DNA of 63,720 nucleotides, filler included, from Chiloscyllium plagiosum (lineage: Eukaryota): NCBI RefSeq assembly GCF_004010195.1. It is 5 parts of 2 records of this genome, joined end to end, with 100 filler letters (N's around TTAATTAATTAA, not from the genome) between each part and the next. Parts side by side here need not be neighbours in the genome. Positions count along the whole stretch, not along the records: positions 51,765 to 61,752 come from NC_057716.1; positions 61,853 to 63,720 come from NC_057717.1; 3 more parts are not named here. One strand, given 5' to 3'. Shown here one piece after another: positions 59,966 through 63,720 of the stretch. The notes under the pieces were generated by a model. The model saw nothing but the letters and a program-made list of their open reading frames with translations. It made no database searches and was not told where the DNA came from. Within the stretch, counting starts at the first letter, position 1. The number at the start of each line of letters is the position of its first letter. A program made the position numbers and the translations under genes.

Positions 59966-61363
59966 TGGTGTGTTGCCTCCTGGGTACCAGGGTTCGTGAT
60001 GTCTCGGATTGTGATTTTGGGATCCTTGAGGGGGAGGGGGAGCAGCTTCAAGTTGTGGTCCACATAGGCACTATTGACAAAGGTAGGAAAAGGGATGGGG
60101 ATTTAAGACAGAAATTCAGGGAGCTAGGGTGGAAGCTTAGAGCTAGAACAAACAGAGTTGTTATCTCTGGTTTGTTACCTGTGCCACGTGCTAGTGAGGC
60201 AATGAATAGTGAGAGGGAGGAGTTGAACATGTGGCGACAGGGATAGTGCAGGGAGGGAGGGTTTTGGATACCTGGATAATTGGAGCTCGTTCTGGGATAG
60301 GTGGGACCACAGGATGGTCTACACCGGAACCAGAGGGGTACCAATATTCTAGGGGGTGGGGGGTGGAATTTGCTAATGCTCTTTGAGAAGGTTTAAACTA
60401 ATTCAGCAGGGGGATGGGAATCTAAATTGTAGTTCCAATGTCCAGGAGATTGAGAATATTGAGGTCAGAAATATGGTTTCAAGGTTGCAAGAGTGCATTG
60501 GCAAGCAGGAAGGTGGTTTGAAGTGTGTCTACTTCAACGCCAGGAACATCTGGAATAAGGAGGGTGACCTTGCAGCATGGGTTGGTACCTGGGACTTCGA
60601 TGTTGTGGCCATTTTGGAGACATGGATAGAGTAGGGACAGGTTCTAGGATTTTGACATTTCAGTAAGAACAGAGAAGATGGTGATGCATTTTGGAAGGTC
60701 GAATTTGAAAGCTGAGTACAGGATTAAGGATAGGATTCTTGGCAGTGTGGAGGAACAGAGGGAGTTTGGTGTGCAGGTACATAGATCCCTTAAAATGGCC
60801 ACCCAAGTGGACAGGGTTGTTAAGAAAGCATTTGGTGTTTTAGCTTTCATTAACAGGGGGATTGAGTTTAAGAGTCGTGAGATCTTGTTGCAGCTCTATA
60901 AAACTTTGGTTAGACTGCACTTGGAATACTGCGTCCAGTTCTGGTCGCCCTAATATAGGAAAGATGTGGATGCTTTGAAAAGGGTTCAGAGGAGGCTTAC
61001 CAGGATGCTGCCTGGACTGGAGGGCTTATCTTATGAAGAGAGGTTGACTGAGCTTGGACTTTTTTCATTGGAGAAAAGGAGGAGGAGAGGGGACCTAATT
61101 GAGGTATACAAGATAATGAGAGGCATAAATCGAGTCGATAGCCAGAGACTATTTCCCAGGGCAGAAATGACTAACACGAGGGGTCATAGTTTTAAGCTGG
61201 TTGGAGGAAAGTATAGAGGGGATGTCAGAGGTGGGTTCTTTACACAGAGTTGTGAGAGCATGGAATGCGTTGCCAGCAGCAGTTGTGGAAGCAAGGTCAT
61301 TGGGGACATTTAAGAGACTACTGAACATGCATATGGTCACAGAAATTTGAGGGTGCATACATG
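59966..61363 (+). mobile_element. CR1 with a large internal deletion: ORF1 SGNH esterase and APE start joined near 60680 to the ORF2 C-terminus
   Basis: VCCLLGTRVRDVS...VVVHIGT.D...VVISGLLPVPRA; LKCVYFNARNI; then VMHFGRSN... Confidence 0.85.
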
Positions 61364-61752
61364 AGTTGAGGTGAGGGATGCCATGGACGTCCCTGCTGAT
61401 AACACTTGCAGGAAGTGCACCCATCTCCAGCTCCTCCAAGACCGTGTTAGGGAACTGGAGCTGGAGTTGGATGAACTTAGGATCATTCGGGAGGCAGAGG
61501 GGGTCATAGATCGGAGCTTTAGGGAAGTAGTAACTCCAAAGGTGGCAGATGGATGGGTGACAGTGAGGGGGACTGGGAGGAAGCAGCCAGTGCAGGGACC
61601 CCCTGCAGCCGTTCCCCTCAAGAACAAGTATACCGTTTTGGATACTTGTGGGGGGGATGACTTACCAGGGGCAAGTAACGGGGCTCAGGCCTCTGGCACG
61701 GAGCCTGTCCCAGTTGCTCAGAAGGGAAGGGTGGAGAAGAGCACAGCAATAG
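61364..61752 (+). mobile_element. CR1 ORF1 N-terminal region (Cys motif and leucine zipper)
   Basis: TCRKCTHLQLLQDRVRELELELDELRIIREAE...VPLKNKYTVLD; open to the gap. Confidence 0.85.
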
Positions 61753-61852
61753 NNNNNNNNNNNNNNNNNNNNNNNNNNNNNNNNNNNNNNNNNNNNTTAA
61801 TTAATTAANNNNNNNNNNNNNNNNNNNNNNNNNNNNNNNNNNNNNNNNNNNN

Positions 61853-63720
61853 GGGAATGGCGTGATTGGCAACTAAATATCCCAGGACATTAATGCTTCA
61901 GGCGGGGTAGAGAGGAAGGTAAAAGGGGTGGATGACAAATGTCACTGGTCAAAGAAGATATCACAGCGGTGCTGAAGGTGTGCACCATGGAAGATTCGAG
62001 CAGTGAGGCAATATGGGCAGAGCTCAGAAATAGAAAGGGTGCAGTAACAATGCCGGGATTGTACTACAGGCCTCCCGACACCGATCGAGGTACAAATATG
62101 TAGATAGATCTCAGAAAAATGTGGGAGCAACAGGATGGTGGTGATAGAAGTTTTTAATTTTCCTAACATTGACTGGGATTCACTTAATGTTAGAGGTCTA
62201 GATGGAGCAGAATTTGTATGGAACATCCAGGAGCATTTTCTCGAGTAGTATAGAAATAGTTCAACTCGGGAAGCGGCCATGCCAGACCTGGTCGGCCAGG
62301 CGGTGGACGTTACAGTGGGGGATTACTTTGGGAATAATGATCACAATTCCGTTAGTTTTACAATAGTCATGGAGAAAGATGAGAGTGGTCCTAAAGGAAG
62401 AGTGCTAAACTGGGGGAAGGCCATCTATCGCAAAACTCAGCAAGAGCTGGGGAACGAGGATTGGCAACAGCTGTTTGAAGGGAAATCCGCATTTGATATG
62501 TGAAAGGCTTTTGTAGAGAGGTTAACTAGTGTTCAGGAGAGATATGTTCCTGTAAAAATTATGGATAGAAATGGCAAGGTTAAGAAACCATGGATGACAA
62601 GTGATATTGTGAGACCAGCTAAAAGGTAAAAGAATGTGTACATAATATCTAGGTGGATGAAGATATAGGAAGCCTTGGAAGAATATTGTGAATGTAGGAC
62701 CAATCTGAAGTGTGGAATAAAGAGGGCGAAAAGAGGTCATGAGATATCCTTAGCCATCAGGATTAAGGAAAACCTTAAAGCTTTTTGGTCATATATAACG
62801 AGCGAGAGGGTAGCTATAGAAAGGGCTCATTCATGGACAAAGCAGGAAAGATATGCTTGGAGGCAGAGAAATCGGGAGAGATTCTTCATGAGTACTTTGC
62901 ATCGATATTCACCAAGGCGAGTGGCTTGGTGGATGTTGAGGTTAGGGATATATCTTTGATCACTCTTGGTCAAGTCTGCGCAAGGAGGGAGGAAATGTTG
63001 TGATTTCCAAAATACATCAAGAAGGACAAGTCCCCAGGTCTGGATGGGATCTACCCAAGATTATTAACGGAAGCGAGCGAGGAAAAAGCAGGACGCCCAA
63101 GGTGGTTATCTCCGGTTTGCTTCCAGTTCCTCGGGCTAGTGTGGCCAGAAACAGGGAGATAATGGACTTGAACGTGTGGTTGGGGAACTGGTGCAGGAAG
63201 CAAGGATTTAAGTTCTTGGATCACTGGGGTATTTTTGGTGGTAAACATAAATTCTACAAGAGAGACGGCTTGAACCTTAATAGGTTAGGGATCAGCATTC
63301 TGGCAGCATATTTTCTACTGCAACACCGCTGCATTTAAACTAAGTAGCGGGGGGCGGGGGGACAAGCTGGATGTTTAAAAAGGAAATTGAAGGGAAAGTT
63401 AGAACAAGAGAAGTCAAGAAAGACAACTGTATTAATGAGGCAGAAAACTCGGAAAGGCATCATGCTGTAAGGTTGAGTGAAATAAGGGTTGATGGGAAGG
63501 GTGAGAGCAGTAACAAATTAAAAATACTATACATGAATGCACGAAGCATTAGACATAAAATGGATGAGCTTGAGGCTCTTTTGGAAATTGGCAGATACGA
63601 TATTGTGGGAATAACTGAGATGTGGCTTCAAGTGGACAGGGCCTGGGAAATGAATATTCAAGAATACACGTGCTATCGTAAGGACAGACTGACGGGCAGA
63701 GGGGATGGGGTGGCCTTGTT
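61853..63720 (+). mobile_element. Decayed CR1 ORF2 (61853-63085) followed by another CR1 ORF1 esterase and APE start (63086-63720)
   Basis: YYRPP, FNFPNIDW, GNNDHNSV, DKSP.S.GIYPR; KVVISGLLPVPRA...KRDGLNLN; LKILYMNARSIR. Confidence 0.85.

Overview
Vertebrate, almost certainly cartilaginous-fish (shark/ray) genomic DNA, inferred from HE1-type V-SINEs and the CR1/Penelope/Rex1 mix. The only host coding sequence I can find is one 193-bp internal exon (16763-16955, +) of a MARCH4/9/11-type membrane E3 ligase, best match MARCHF4, so the rest is probably intronic. Most of the window is nested, decayed transposable elements: dozens of CR1 LINE pieces, three Rex1/Babar copies, the 5' end of an L1, two copies of an old L2/CR1-group LINE, at least three Penelope-like (GIY-YIG) families plus short non-autonomous pseudo-LTR derivatives, HE1 SINEs, two Tc1/mariner-type MITEs, Gypsy fragments and a probable solo LTR. 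There is also a ~1-kb decayed 28S rRNA pseudogene, local duplications and five assembly gaps. The most notable hidden structure is a set of about ten minimal hammerhead-ribozyme motifs (CTGANGA-stem-GAAAC-GTH) in the Penelope pseudo-LTRs and in 120-170-bp mini-elements with their own target-site duplications. Several intact motifs lie in the sense orientation of the host pre-mRNA. TE boundaries were read by eye and are approximate unless a TSD or TIR is quoted.
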